A stretch of 64,000 bases of DNA from Camelus dromedarius (lineage: Eukaryota), in the NCBI RefSeq assembly GCF_036321535.1, contig NC_087437.1, positions 73,534,001 to 73,598,000 on the forward strand, written 5' to 3'. Below are positions 51,898 through 63,880 of the stretch, piece after piece. Numbering within the stretch: the stretch's first letter is position 1; the number at the start of each line of letters is the position of its first letter. Made by a program: the position numbers and the translations under genes. The notes below the pieces were generated by a model, which saw only the letters and a list, made by a program, of their open reading frames with translations, was not told where the DNA came from and ran no database searches.

Positions 51898-54433
51898 ATT
51901 TCTCTGGCACTGTGGCTTAAGGAGTATCAGTTATCTAGTTCTCCTGGAGACAGTGTGCTCTTAATGATTTTATTGAGAGGTTTTTGTTCACTCTGTTTCA
52001 CGAACTCAGCTTGCTGTTTCCAGAGGCCCTCTGTTGGCGCCCTCATCTGTGCTGCTCCCAGTGGCTGTGGGCTAGCAGATCGCGCCCCCTCCTAACACTG
52101 GGTCAGGAGCTGAGTTCTTACCTGGTGGGCAGGTGGGTCACTCCCCCTCCCGATGCTGCAGTCAGATGCTGCACTCAGGGGAGGCAGGTGGATGGATCAT
52201 GCCCCCTCCCAGCACCGTGGTCAGGTGCTGTGTTCCTGCCAGGAAGGCTGGTGGTTGCCCACCCTCTCCCAGCCGGTTGCTCTGCTGTTCTGTGCAGCTG
52301 CCCGCTCTGCCTTGGGTCAGTGCTCCAAAGGCGGGCTCTGGGAAGACCGTGGAATGTCCCGCCTCTGCTCCGTGCCAAATGTCAGCTCCTTGTTTGTCTT
52401 GGCGGTGCAAGTTCTCTGAGGTGCCAGGGCAGAAAGATCCTCTCTGCCTCGGGCTATAAACAAGTCTCAGTCCTGCCCAGGAGGTTGCTGAGCCCCCGTG
52501 TGTGGACTCAGGGCTTGGCCCTGCCCCCGCCTGGCTGCTGTGCACAGGAGGAGATGGCAGCTGTGGCTGCGCCCTGCCTCTCTTCTCGCGAGAAGTGCCA
52601 GTAATGGTGGTGCAGTTCTGAGGAGACAAAGGCTATGGCACCCCTCCACCAAGGGCACACCAGCCGTGTTGCTTTTCTTTTTTCGCAATTTATGGGGACC
52701 AAGGTGGTTCTGCTCTGTATTCCCTCCCAGCCATGGTGCACAGCACCCTGCAGTCCCCCGGGGCTGCCTCAGTGCAGCTGCCCCAGTCCTCCACCTGGCT
52801 CAGGCGGCCTGTCCTGGCCCCAGCTGCTGGCTCGCATCTAGGGCTAGGTGTCGTGGGGACCCTTTGTGCCTGTTTAACTCAGTTCTGTTGGTCAAGGGGT
52901 GCTCAGGGCAGATCTGAGCCTCGGAGGCTCCCCCTCCATCCTGCTGGCCTCTCTGTTGGAGGGGGGAGACCCAATGAACGAGCACTAGTCCTCCTTTGTC
53001 GCTCCCTCCCTGTGGAATCGGTCCTGCACTGTTTTGCTTTTTCTTCTTTTTTCCTTTTCTCTTACCAGATTTTTGGTGTCTTTGTCTTTCGAAGAGGGTG
53101 ATGTTCTGTCGGAGTTCGGCAGGTGCTCTGGTTGGCTGAGTAGGTCCGTAGATGTGAGTTTTGGTGTATTTGTGGGAGACGGTGAGCTACGAGCATCATT
53201 CTACTCCGCCATCTTGCTTCTCTCTGGCTTCTTTTAACTCTATCTTTTTCTTCTGCTTTTATCATCCTAGCTCTTCAGCTCAGTCTACCCATCTTTATTC
53301 CCCTGAAGACTTAGCTGTACCCCGCTCATACATTGTTTACAACCTGGCCCAGCTCTGGTGCCCCACTCATGACTTTCGCTTTATGATTTCACTTCTCAGG
53401 ACTGGAATTTTGCTTGGGTTCCTGATAAGTGATACCCATTCCCTTCAATTTCCTTGGCTGAGGTCATCCATGGACAGACTTCTATCTAAGTGACCTCTTG
53501 CTATGTGAACTCATGGATTCTTTCTGCCTCTCATTCTGTGCTGTCTGGTATTGCAAGCTGGTGGAGGCGATGTTGCTGGAAAGACTCATTTCATATGCAA
53601 CTATCTTTGAGAGAGAAAGTGGCCAGAAACTGTTCTTTCCTAAATTATGTTTTTTTTTTTTTTTAAATGAAGATCGCTCTAGTGCACTAGCCAGCCACTT
53701 TGAGTTAGGGATGGAGGCATGAGATAACTGTAAATGGTGCATATGAGGGAGCTCAGGAGCTTCTGAGGTGGCTTGGGGCAAACACTCCCCAATGATTGTA
53801 CAGTAAAGAATGGTGGCAAACCATCCTAATAACTTCTTTTATTTTGAGATTTATAACTTCTGGAAGAGTCTCAGTATCAGGATGTCCTCTAGCAGATGCT
53901 GAACACATTTTCTGGGTTGCTTCCTGAATGTCCTATACATCTCAACATGATTCTCAGGCTGGTGGGGTAACTTTCTTGTGACTTTGTGTAACTTTCTTGT
54001 ATCCTGGAATAAACCTCCATTGCTGAAGGCAAATCACAAATGTTTCTGCCTTGGATTTCTTAGAAGGAAAAGTGCATACTTGCTGGAAACTTGACCTTCT
54101 CTTGGTAATAATGTGCTCACCATTGCCTGAAGCATGCTTGGTCTTGTCAAGCCCTGTGAACACTGGACTGCACAGTAATCTGGACATGTGTCAGGTCCAA
54201 GCTCCATCCTCTGTCTTCCCGCCCTTGCTGCTCTAAGGTCACACAGATTATACTTCTTGGAGGGTCTGAGATAGCGTTTTAAGTTCCCAACTCAGGTAAC
54301 ATAATAAACAGATTTTTTTCATAGATATTAGTTGACTGATCTAGAGTCATGGAGGTAGTTATTCTCCAAGATAAGCTCTCAAACAGATGTGACTGAACTC
54401 CCACAAATATGTATATATGTTTGTGCACACGTA

Positions 54434-54453
54434 TGTGTGTGTGTGTGTGTGTA
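54434..54453. repeat. (TG)n microsatellite
   Basis: Seen directly. Confidence 0.9.
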
Positions 54454-55084
54454 TTTCGATTTATACAGAATTTATACTATCAATACTATGCACACACACA
54501 TCTTCAATACTTCTGTCCTAATATACTTGCTGCCTTAGCCATAAAGTCAAATTCAGACTCTTAATGAGAATTTTCAGCAAAAGTGAATCATATCCCTTGT
54601 TATTCAAAGCTTCTTCCAGGAGGCTTGTCCACCTCTGATATATGTAGACACAGTGTTGCTAAGTATAGAGGCCACTCCTTGTCCCTCCAAAGGATTTGTT
54701 GTGTTTTCTGGTGTCATGGTACCTCAGCTAAGCACTAGTCAAGCATTACAAATGTAGCTACAGTTGTTGAGAAGTTTCATTATAGCAGTAGTTTTAATAA
54801 TACTCCCAAGGATAAAATTCTTCTTAGGAAATACTAAAAAAAAAAAAAAAAAAGCTTCTACATATAATCTCAGATGAAGGGTGATACTGGATGCAGCTTT
54901 GCTTCAGAAGTGTGAAGTACTTTTGAGGTAGGGAGATTTGGCCTTAAAGAAGTTACATCAAATTATTCCTCCACAGCTACCCTCAGGTTTTACTCTGTAA
55001 TGATTCCATCTCTGTCTCATCTTCCTGATGTGGAGTTTCTACTCCAGCAAAACAAATGTGCTTCTTTTATACATCTCAGATAAC

Positions 55085-55360
55085 TGGCCTCTGGCTTGTG
55101 CTGTTTCATTACCATTGCCTGGAATGTCCGAGGTCCTTCCTGCCTTCCAATCTTCCTTAAGAAATTGGCTCAAAACTCACCTCCTCCTTGTTGTCTTTCT
55201 GGACTAAAGTCATGCACATATGATTACTCCAGTCATCCCAACACACTCTTAGCATATGTGGGAATGAATACCAACTACAAGTCGTATGACTGCTTCAGTT
55301 TCTGGCATTTGGCTCTGACTTTAAGGCATACACAGTGGCATCTCAGTAATTTGAGATTTA
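55085..55360 (+). mobile_element. L2 3' fragment
   Basis: gcttgtgctgttt...tgcctggaatg...ggctcaaaactcacctcct...ggcatacacagtggcatctcagtaatt. Confidence 0.5.
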
Positions 55361-56371
55361 TGAGTAGGGTGGGGACAGTGGAGTGCTAATAGCTTAGCTC
55401 AGTGTAAAGGCTTTGGAATACTGAGGGTTGGGTGCTTTTTGAGCATCAGGAAGAAGTACCCTCGGAATTCCTTTAGCTGGCTCTTGGCAGAAGTGTGGGG
55501 TAAGCTGATCCCCTCAAGGGTCTTAGTAAGCCATGATCATCAATATGGGGGCCAGAGAAAAAGGACAGCAGTGGGTGATTTATGAACACACGTGGGAGAC
55601 CTTCACAAAGAACTTTCTCTCTTAATTGACTCGGGTAAAAGCAAGTGTCAGCAAAACGTGGATGATTGGCATGAGTGTGAGGGCCCCCATAGTCTTTGCG
55701 GAAGACCTGCCTCATCTCATTTCATCAAAAAGGCCACACAGAAACTGAGGACACTTAGGAGTACCAGCTGGACACCCTCTCTGCTGACCATGTTGTCTCC
55801 CACTCTCAACCACGCTGGGGCCTGCTGTGTTGGTGTAGACCTGTTCTCTATCATGCTGTTTTTCCAGATTCATCAATAAGTAATATCTGCTCTCAGTGTG
55901 TCTCTTCCCTTATCTAAAATACCTCCCGGTGTCAAGGGTGAAAGTTCTTTCCTTTTGCCTTAGGGCACCAAAACTCTCGGCCTAGTCTTCCTTTCTGGAC
56001 AATGGTCTTCTCCATAACAAGAACTCTATGATCTGAGTCAGCTTGGATAAATATGCTAGCAAAATTTAGAAAAATTATCTCTCTTTCCAAATTGGTTTTC
56101 AAGCCTATTTATTATCTTACTAATAAGTAACTCAAATCTCTGCCCACTGTTTTCATGTAGCAATAATATTCAAGCTCTGGCATTGGAGTGGGAGGTTATT
56201 AGGAACCACAAGTTAAAGGGACAATTAAAATACCTTACTATACTATTTGTAAATATTTTCTCAATGTTAATGTCACCCTATTACAAACTGATTTTTTCAT
56301 TTCCAGTACTTTTACTATTTTCAAAGATCTCATTAGCCATCATCTAAATTTATACATGTAAGAACACTGTT

Positions 56372-56815
56372 AGATTCACTCACGTAATAAATATTTGTTG
56401 AGCACCAATTATATTCCAGACACTATTCTACGCATTTGGGATGCATCAGTGAATGAAAACAAAGGTGTGTGCCTCATGAAACTAACATTCTGGTGCAGGG
56501 AAGGGAGACCACAAATAAATAAAAACATAAAAGATATAAAAATTATATTGTATGTTATGAGGTGTAGAGTGTTATCAATAAAAAATAGCGAACAAATGTC
56601 ATGAATGTGGAATGAAAGGAAGGGATCATTGAGAAAGTGACATTTTAGCAAAGGCTTCAAGGCAGTGAGGGAAATAGTGATACGTACGTACATCTGAAGG
56701 AAGAACATTTCAGGCTAAGAAGACAGCCAGGCCAGCGTCCCTGTGTAGGAGTCATGTGCTCCAGGAACAAGAAGCAGGTAGTGTGCCTGGAGGGGAGGGA
56801 GCAAGGAGAGATAAT
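56372..56815 (-). mobile_element. L2 3' end
   Basis: taaatatttgttgagcacca...ccagacactattcta...gcctcatgaaactaacattctggtg...gagaaagtgacattttagcaaag. Confidence 0.8.
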
Positions 56816-57029
56816 TAATAGGGATTCTTTAAAACAATTTTCAAGTTCAGAAATAAAGAAATGCTTAACTATTAAAAACAATCTTTAAGTTGATGAAATA
56901 AATTGAAAAAAGTACATTAATGAAAACATTTTAGCAAATAAAAAGAATTTTATCAGCTTGTCTTTAATTTAATGCTAATTAAATGTGCTTTTAAAAATAG
57001 TTATATCTTAAAAGGCCTGAATCAAGTTT

Positions 57030-57134
57030 AAAAAATTTTTTTTTTATTGAAGTATAGTTTACAATGTTGTATCAATTTCTGGTGTATAGCATGTTTCAGT
57101 CATACATATACATATGTATTTCTTTTCATATTTT
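57030..57134 (-). mobile_element. Very short 5'-truncated L1 3' tip with TSD
   Basis: tttttattgaagtatagtttacaatgttgtatcaatttctggtgtatagcat; direct repeat ctgaatcaag at 57017-57026 and 57135-57144. Confidence 0.8.
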
Positions 57135-57504
57135 CTGAATCAAGATTTTCAGCCATTTTTTTCTCCATGTGAAATCTAACATATACATACTAGTCGTGTA
57201 AGTATAACTTGTGAGTGTTCTTACATATGCATATGTCCTCTTGATCAGCGATGGCCCATTAAGAACATGCAGCTTGTTTAAAGATACTGGTGTCCTACAT
57301 AGTGGCTGAGGTTATCTAAATACCTAATTTGTTTGAATGTAGACATCTAAACTGAATAAAATTCACTTCAGGGATTAAATTACCTAGAATGCTGCCTGTG
57401 ATGATTAGATCAACCCAGTAATTACAAAACAGTCACTTCATTTTGGGCTTCTTCAATACAGTGTTAGCACTACACACAGCAGAGTAAATCATTGTGTTAG
57501 TAAA

Positions 57505-57600
57505 AATTCTAAGTGTTAGAGCTGGAAAGATCCCTACAGATTATTTAAACCTCCTCGTTTTACAGATGAAGAAACTGAGGCTCACAGAAATGACAATTCA
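57505..57600 (-). mobile_element. MIR core fragment
   Basis: ttagagctggaaaga...cctcgttttacagatgaagaaactgaggctc. Confidence 0.75.
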
Positions 57601-58052
57601 ATCAGTGCAATTAATTCTAACTCAGAACACTTTCTAGAATCTGAGACATTTTTATCTGTTGTCCAGTCAGTGTGGTAGAGGAGAATATGCCAGAGTAGAA
57701 GAGTCTGGCGTCAGAGCACCTGGCTTAGGCCATTGCACACCTTTGACATTTCCACTGAAGAAAATCAGAGCCACTGCAGGTCCTGAGCAGAGGTTCAATA
57801 CCACGTGAATTACATTTTAAAAGGTTCATTCTGGCTGCTGTGTTGAGTGGAATGAGGGGCTTAAGGGCAAAAACAGGGAGATCAGTTAGAGGGCTATTGC
57901 AGGAATCCAGGGGAGAGAGGCGGTAGCTCAGATCAGGGTGACAGCAGTGGAAGCAGTGAACAGAGTATATTTTGAATCTGTTTCAAAGGTGGAGCCAGCA
58001 AGACTTTTTGGAAGACTGAATTTGAAATATGAGAGATAGGTGTCAAGGGTGA

Positions 58053-58417
58053 TATCTTAGCTCAGGATGCCGTAACAAAATACCATAGACTGCATGGTTT
58101 AAACAGAGAAATTTACTTTCTCACAGTTCTGGAGTCTGAAAGTTTGTGAACAGGGTGCCAGCATGGTTGGATTCTGGTGAGAATCTCTTCCTGGCTTGCA
58201 GACAGCTGCCTTCTTGCTGTGTTCTCATGTGGTGAGAGAGTAAGCCATCTTTCTGGTGTCTCTTCTTAAGAGGGCATTAATCCCACCATGAGGACCCTTT
58301 CTCATGACCTCATCTAACTCTAATTACTTCCCAAAGGCCCCATCTCCAAATACAATCATGCTGGGGGTTAGGGCTTCAACATATAAATTTTTAGGAGAAA
58401 CAATTCAGTCCATAGGA
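58053..58417 (-). mobile_element. MLT1A-like solo LTR
   Basis: gatgccgtaacaaaataccatagactg...tctcacagttctggag...taattacttcccaaaggcccc...aattcagtccatag. Confidence 0.9.
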
Positions 58418-58699
58418 AATGACATCAAGGTTTTTGTCCTGAAAACCAAGAGGATGAAACTGCCATCAAATAAGACAGGGAATGCTGTGGGTGAACATGT
58501 TTTGTAGGAGAAGATCAAAAGTTCAGTTTTGGGCATGTTGAATTTGAGATGTGTTTGTAAGACCTCCAAGTAGAAATGCCAGTAGACTTATATCTATGAG
58601 TCTGGAGGATGGAAGTTCTGGGACTGAGATGTAAATTTAGAAGGTGGTGGCATAGAGATGGTATTTAAAGCTATGAGACAAATGGGATTACTTAGAGAC

Positions 58700-59168
58700 T
58701 GACTTAATTTGCTAGGGCTGCCATAAGAAAATGCCACAGACTAGGTGGCTTAATCAACACAAGTTTATTGTCTCACAGTTTTAGAGGCTGGAAGCCCAAG
58801 GTCATGGTGTCAGCAGGGTTGGTTCCTTCCAATGTTGTAAAACAGAGAATCTATTCCACGCCCCTCTCCTAGCTTCTAGTGTTTGCTGGCAGTTTTTGGT
58901 GTTCCTTGGCTTGTAGATCCATTCATCACCCTGATGCCGCCTTCATGTTCACATGACGTTCTCCCTGTGTGTGTGTTTACGTCCAAGTTTTTCCTTCTCA
59001 TAAGGCTATCAGTCATATTGGATTAGGAGCCCACCCTATTCCAGTATGACCTCATCTTAACTAACTACATTCACAACAACCCTATTACCATATAAAGGTC
59101 ACATTCTGAGGTCCTGGGGACTGGGACTTCAACATGAATTTTGGAGGGACACAATTCAACTCATGTTA
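58700..59168 (-). mobile_element. MLT1C-like solo LTR
   Basis: ttgctagggctgccataag...ggtgtcagcagggttggttccttc...cagtcatattggattagg...aggtcacattctgagg...gggacacaattcaac. Confidence 0.9.
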
Positions 59169-59524
59169 GGAACCAAGCATAGATTTTTTTTTTTTAAAGA
59201 AAAGAGGCTCATGGATTAAGAAAAGATATTAAAAATGAGTGATCAGTGAGGTAGAAAAAACAACTAAGGGAAGACTTTATACTCAAATCAAGGGAGGAAG
59301 TGGAGCTTCTGTTCACCTATTATGGTTAATCAGTCAATATCAGTTTATACCTATCAGACCAAAAGTTCCATGAATACCAGGATCAATTCTTTTGCAACTA
59401 TTTTATAGCAATAAAAGGTATGTAATAAATAATGTAATATTTAGTGAGAATATTAATCAATGAATGAAACTTCTATCCCTACAACTTACAGTGTGCCACA
59501 CAGGATGCTTTATTGCTATATTCC

Positions 59525-59645
59525 TAGCTTTATATCCTCCATGAGACTGTAAGCTCGGAGTACAGAGATTGTCTCTTCTGCTCCTCAGCAGTACTCAGTG
59601 TCCAGCACACACTAGGCACATAGTAGAGGTGTAATGCATACTTCT
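59525..59645 (+). mobile_element. L2 3' terminal fragment
   Basis: agactgtaagctc...cagtgtccagcacacactaggcacatagtag. Confidence 0.6.
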
Positions 59646-61044
59646 TAATTGGTTTCTATTATGCAAATTTATGCTTATTAATATATTAGTTCATAAATTC
59701 TTTTAATCTTGATAAATATATTATCTCTGCCATAAAAGACATTACTTGTAATTTGGAAGAGAGGCTAAAAACACCAGTTATAGTTCTAATACTAAAAACA
59801 AATTCTTCTATAATTTTAATCTATTTTTTCCAGTTGAAATATTTTTTATTCTTGATTTTGTACATAGCTTTCTTTGTCTCTTTTTCTTGTGTGTATTTGC
59901 ATGTGTCTTGTCTCTTTTAATTGAAACTGAGAATTTTAAGGCCAAGAATCGTGCTTTCTGTGCCTTTTTAAATTCCCTTAGTGGAATATGTAATTCAGTA
60001 GCTCTCTCCTACCTCCTCCCCCCATTCCCAACTCACATACTTTGGATTTACAGTAATCATTCAACAATGAATTAACAGCCTGATTCCCACAGTCACTTCA
60101 GAGAAGATTTCCGCTCTCATTCCTAACCTCTGGATGTCCTCATCTCTATAATCCTCTCTTGTGATTTCAGCAACAAATCAACACTTTGCTTAAATCAGGT
60201 AAAATCCAAGATGACATCTTCAGAGCCTTGTTGATAAATACTGTTCAGGGAAGCCCTCTCCTGATTTAGATCGCGTAGTGACTCAGTAATGCATCAGAAA
60301 CGCTGGGGCGATGGTTTTGTTTTTAAGCACCTTATTTGGGCCCTGTGATTGAGAGTCAAGTGAGAAACAGAAAAGAGAATTAGTCAGCAAGCCTGGATCA
60401 CTACAACAACAACTAGCAACAAAAACTCCTTTCACAAAAAGCAGTTTGGTAGAATGAAAGGAGGTGCTTGATGGTAGGAAGTAAACATTTTTCTTTTTAA
60501 TGAATGTTAATTGTTTTATTTATCAGAACGTGCCCACTGAAAATATTTTGAGATTTTTGTAACTATAATAATAGATTACAAATTAATGACTACTTACTTC
60601 AAGTCCTGGCAAAATAAGTAGAATATCATTGAATACGGTTGTGTAACTAATTGAGCCACACTCTGGACAGAAGAGCCAATACAGAAATGTCTTTCAATTT
60701 GCTATATGAAGCATCCTCCAAATCCATGGCAACAAGGCTTCAAATATCTGCCAAAATTCTCACACTAGACTTTAATTTAGTTCATTGTTGGCAGAGAGAA
60801 ATAATTATCTTCTTCCAAAAGCAGCTATAAAATTTTCTAGGTACTTTTCTTAGAAGTCTTCCCTCCATACTACCATGGAAACTAGGGAATGTTTGACTTA
60901 TTGGGTTAGATTGTTAAACATAATGTATATGTGGAAAATTTTTAATGAGAACCTATAGGAAATCATAATATAAAATGATGCAGTAAAAGAGAGAGGAGAA
61001 AACATTCCTTGTCAACCACAACAAAAATAAATGGATTCTCAGTG

Positions 61045-61960
61045 ATCTATTAAACACTATTCCCATTGAGTATCAGGAAGTATAATATACATAAAATTGG
61101 AGTCCCAGGAGGGGCAGCAGAGTGAAAAAGAGAGAGAGAAATATTTAAAGAAATAATGGCCAAACTTTCCCCAAATTTGGTAAAAACATTAACCTACAGA
61201 TGTAAGAAACTCAGCAAACCCCAAGCAGGACACTCAAAAAGAAAGCCACACCAATGCACATCACAATCAAATTGCTGAAAACAAAAGGTTTCAAAAACCT
61301 TTGAAATCATAAAAAATAGAGGAAAAAAAGTCTACATACAGAGGAACAGTGATAAGAACAGTACCTTTAAAGTGGTGGAAAGAAAAATGTCAATTCAGAG
61401 TCTATAGTCACTGAAAACATCCTTCACAAATGAGGGTGAAATAAAGACCTTTTTTTGAAAAAGAAAAAGTGGCAGAATTTGTTGCCAGCAGACTTGTACT
61501 ATAAGAAATGCTCAAGGAAGTTCTTTAGGAAGAAGGGAAATAACAGCAAATGGAAATCCAGATCTACAGGAAGGAATAATGTGTTTGGGAAATGATACAT
61601 ACGTGGGTAAGTATAAATGATTATCTATGTTTTTTTTCTTATAGTTTCTTTAATGAACAACTGGTGGTTTAAAGCAAGAATAAAAATATTTTCTTGGGAC
61701 ATTTATAATGTAGATACAAGTAAAATATATGATGTCAACAGTGCAGAAGAGAAGAATAAATGGATTTATTCTGTTAAAAGTTTCTTACATTTCATATGAA
61801 GTGATACAGTAGTAATTCTAAATACACTATGATAAGAAAAAGATGCATATTGTGTTTCCAAAGAAATAAATAAAACAATACAAAGAAGTATAGCAAAAAA
61901 AAAAAAAAATCCAAAAGAGAAAATAAAATGGAACATTAAAAATTGAAAAACAAAAACAAA
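61045..61960 (+). mobile_element. Ancient L1 (L1M or HAL1-type) ORF1 3' half and downstream spacer, degraded
   Basis: aattggagtcccagga (IGVP), atatttaaagaaataatggcc (IFKEIMA), cacatcacaatcaaattgctgaaaac (HITIKLLK), aaatgagggtgaaataaagacc (NEGEIKT), gaatttgttgccagcagac. Confidence 0.8.
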
Positions 61961-61999
61961 AGCAGGTTTGATTTCACCTATAGCTTTTTTCTTTCTTTA

Positions 62000-62730
62000 A
62001 CACCTCATTCCCAGTTGGTCAGGGAATCCTGCTGGCCTTAATTTCAAGCTATACTCAAATCTATTATTTTTTTTTGCCACCTCCACTGCTATCAGACTGG
62101 GCTAAGCCACTCTTCTCTCAGCAAAAGCCGCCTAACTGGTGTCCCAGATTCTATCCTTCCTCTCAATGAGGCATTCTTGACACAGCAGCCAGAGTGATTC
62201 CATTAAATACCAAAGTCCTTACAATAGCATGCCATGCCCTGGCCTCAAGGCTCTGTCTACCCGTATTTCCTACGTTTCTCCCCTTTGCTCTCTCTTCTCC
62301 AGCCACATAGGCCTTCTTACAGTTCCCACAGCACACTAGACACACTCTCATCCAAGGGCCTTTGCACTGGCTGTTCTGTCTAAATACAGTTTCCCCAGGT
62401 ATTTACAAGGCTAACTCCTTATCACCTTCCACTTTTTGCTCGAATGTCAACCACGCTATGAGAATTAACCTTGATTAACCTATTAAAAATCACAGTACAG
62501 TCTCAACTATCCTGATCTACTCTTCTCTACTGGCTTTTTTGTTGTTGTTTTTGTTGTTGCACTTAACACCTAATGTATCATGGAACTTATTTGTTATATT
62601 TATTGTTTGTCTTCCCCCAATACAATAAATCCCACAAGGATATACATCTTTTCCCATTCATTTTAGTTGATGTATATCAAGCATATAGAGCAGATGCTCA
62701 GTATATAATGATTAATCAAATGAATGGATG
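62000..62730 (+). mobile_element. L2 3' region
   Basis: gcctaactggt...cacagcagccagagtgat...gggcctttgcactggctgttc...aaatgaatggatga. Confidence 0.85.
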
Positions 62731-63471
62731 AGTAAGGAAGAGCTAGCTATCTTATTCATTGAGAATATACATATGTATTTTCAGTACATAGTATAGTATC
62801 TGGACATAGTTCAAAAAAAATTTCTGAAGTGTGTGAGATGGATCTGAAGATGGAACTCAATTCCATGAGAGCTGTTGTGTGCAGGCCCAATACAGAGTGC
62901 CACCTTTCTTACTCAATTTCAAATTTAAGTGAGAGATAAATCTAAGGGTAAGATGGAGAATTAAACTGTTTTTGTTATTGATAAGATTAGTATTGCTGAA
63001 CATGGCTTCTGACTGTGGGCACTCTTTACTAATAGTGAACCCCACAAATAGACAGACCTACCCAGCCCATCATGGGTAGTGCTGCACCAAACATGGGTGA
63101 GCCCCGTGCCTGGAAACTTACAGGAGGAGAGAACAGAACATGTGTTCTTGTCTGGTTTCTAAAAAGAAAGAAAAAAGTGCTGACCTAAGTATTCCTGGTT
63201 AATTTTTCTCAAAATTAGCATTTGAAAAATAGTATCTCCTTCCTTTGTGAAGAACAGGAATGTTTTAGGAACAGGCATCCTCCATATGGAAGAAAACAAA
63301 AGGAGTGTGGGAGAATTATCTTCTTCATATCTAGAACATAAACCACAATGAATCATCATTGTGAGGATGGTAATTGATTCTGTGGACTTGGACAAAGTCA
63401 CCTAGGAAGGGAATGCAGAGAAGGCAGAGCCTAGGTTAAAGGCTTGAGAAACAGTCAGTACCTGGGTGGCA

Positions 63472-63880
63472 GTTTTATGGACTGAATTGTGTCCTGTCTT
63501 CCCTTCCTCCATTCATATGGTGAAGCACTAACCCCTAATATGATAGGATTTGTCTGTAGGCCCTTCAGAGAGGTAATAAAGGTTAAAAGAGGTCATAATA
63601 GTGGAACCCTAATAAAATAGAATGGTGTCCTTATAAGAAAAGGAAGAGATGCCAGAGCTCTCTCTCCAAAAATGCACAGAGGAAAAGCTATGTGGAGACA
63701 CAGCAAGTAGGCAGCTGTCTGCAAGCCAGGAGAAGAGCTCTCACCACAAACAAGATTTTCTGGCAACTTGATCTTGGACTTCTAGCCTCCAAAACTGAGA
63801 GAAAATGAACGTCTGTTTTCTGTTGTCAAAGCCAGCCAGCCTGTGATATTTTGTTGTGGCAGCCTGATCTGTCTAAGACA
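63472..63880 (+). mobile_element. MLT1A/B-like solo LTR nested in L2
   Basis: tatggactgaattgtgtcc...ggtgtccttataagaaaagg...ttgatcttggacttctagcctcc...gtggcagcc..ctaagaca. Confidence 0.9.

Larger units (their letters stand above)
50148..53224 (-). mobile_element. L1-derived retroelement: full 5'UTR, ORF1 and 3' end, lacking almost all of ORF2 (HAL1-like)
   Basis: 5' end gagagaagcAAGATGGCGGagtag (YY1 motif); poly(A) at about 50148-50162; 11-bp TSD tggcttctttt at 50137-50147 and 53225-53235 with TT/AAAA endonuclease site; internal junction at about 50855. Confidence 0.93.
57690..59260 (-). mobile_element. L2 interrupted by two MLT1 LTRs
   Basis: L2 motifs ttttaaaaggttcattctggctgctgtgttgag and gttcagttttgggcatgttgaatttgagatg; reads through the first LTR as gtcaagggtga/catcaaggtttttg. 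Confidence 0.8.

Noticed and set aside
51446..52917. Multiple long ORFs (up to 206 aa) antisense to ORF1 and in the L1 5'UTR
   Set aside because: Mostly non-ATG starts in GC-rich or antisense-coding sequence; only the Kozak-ATG ORF at 52733 was kept as a finding.
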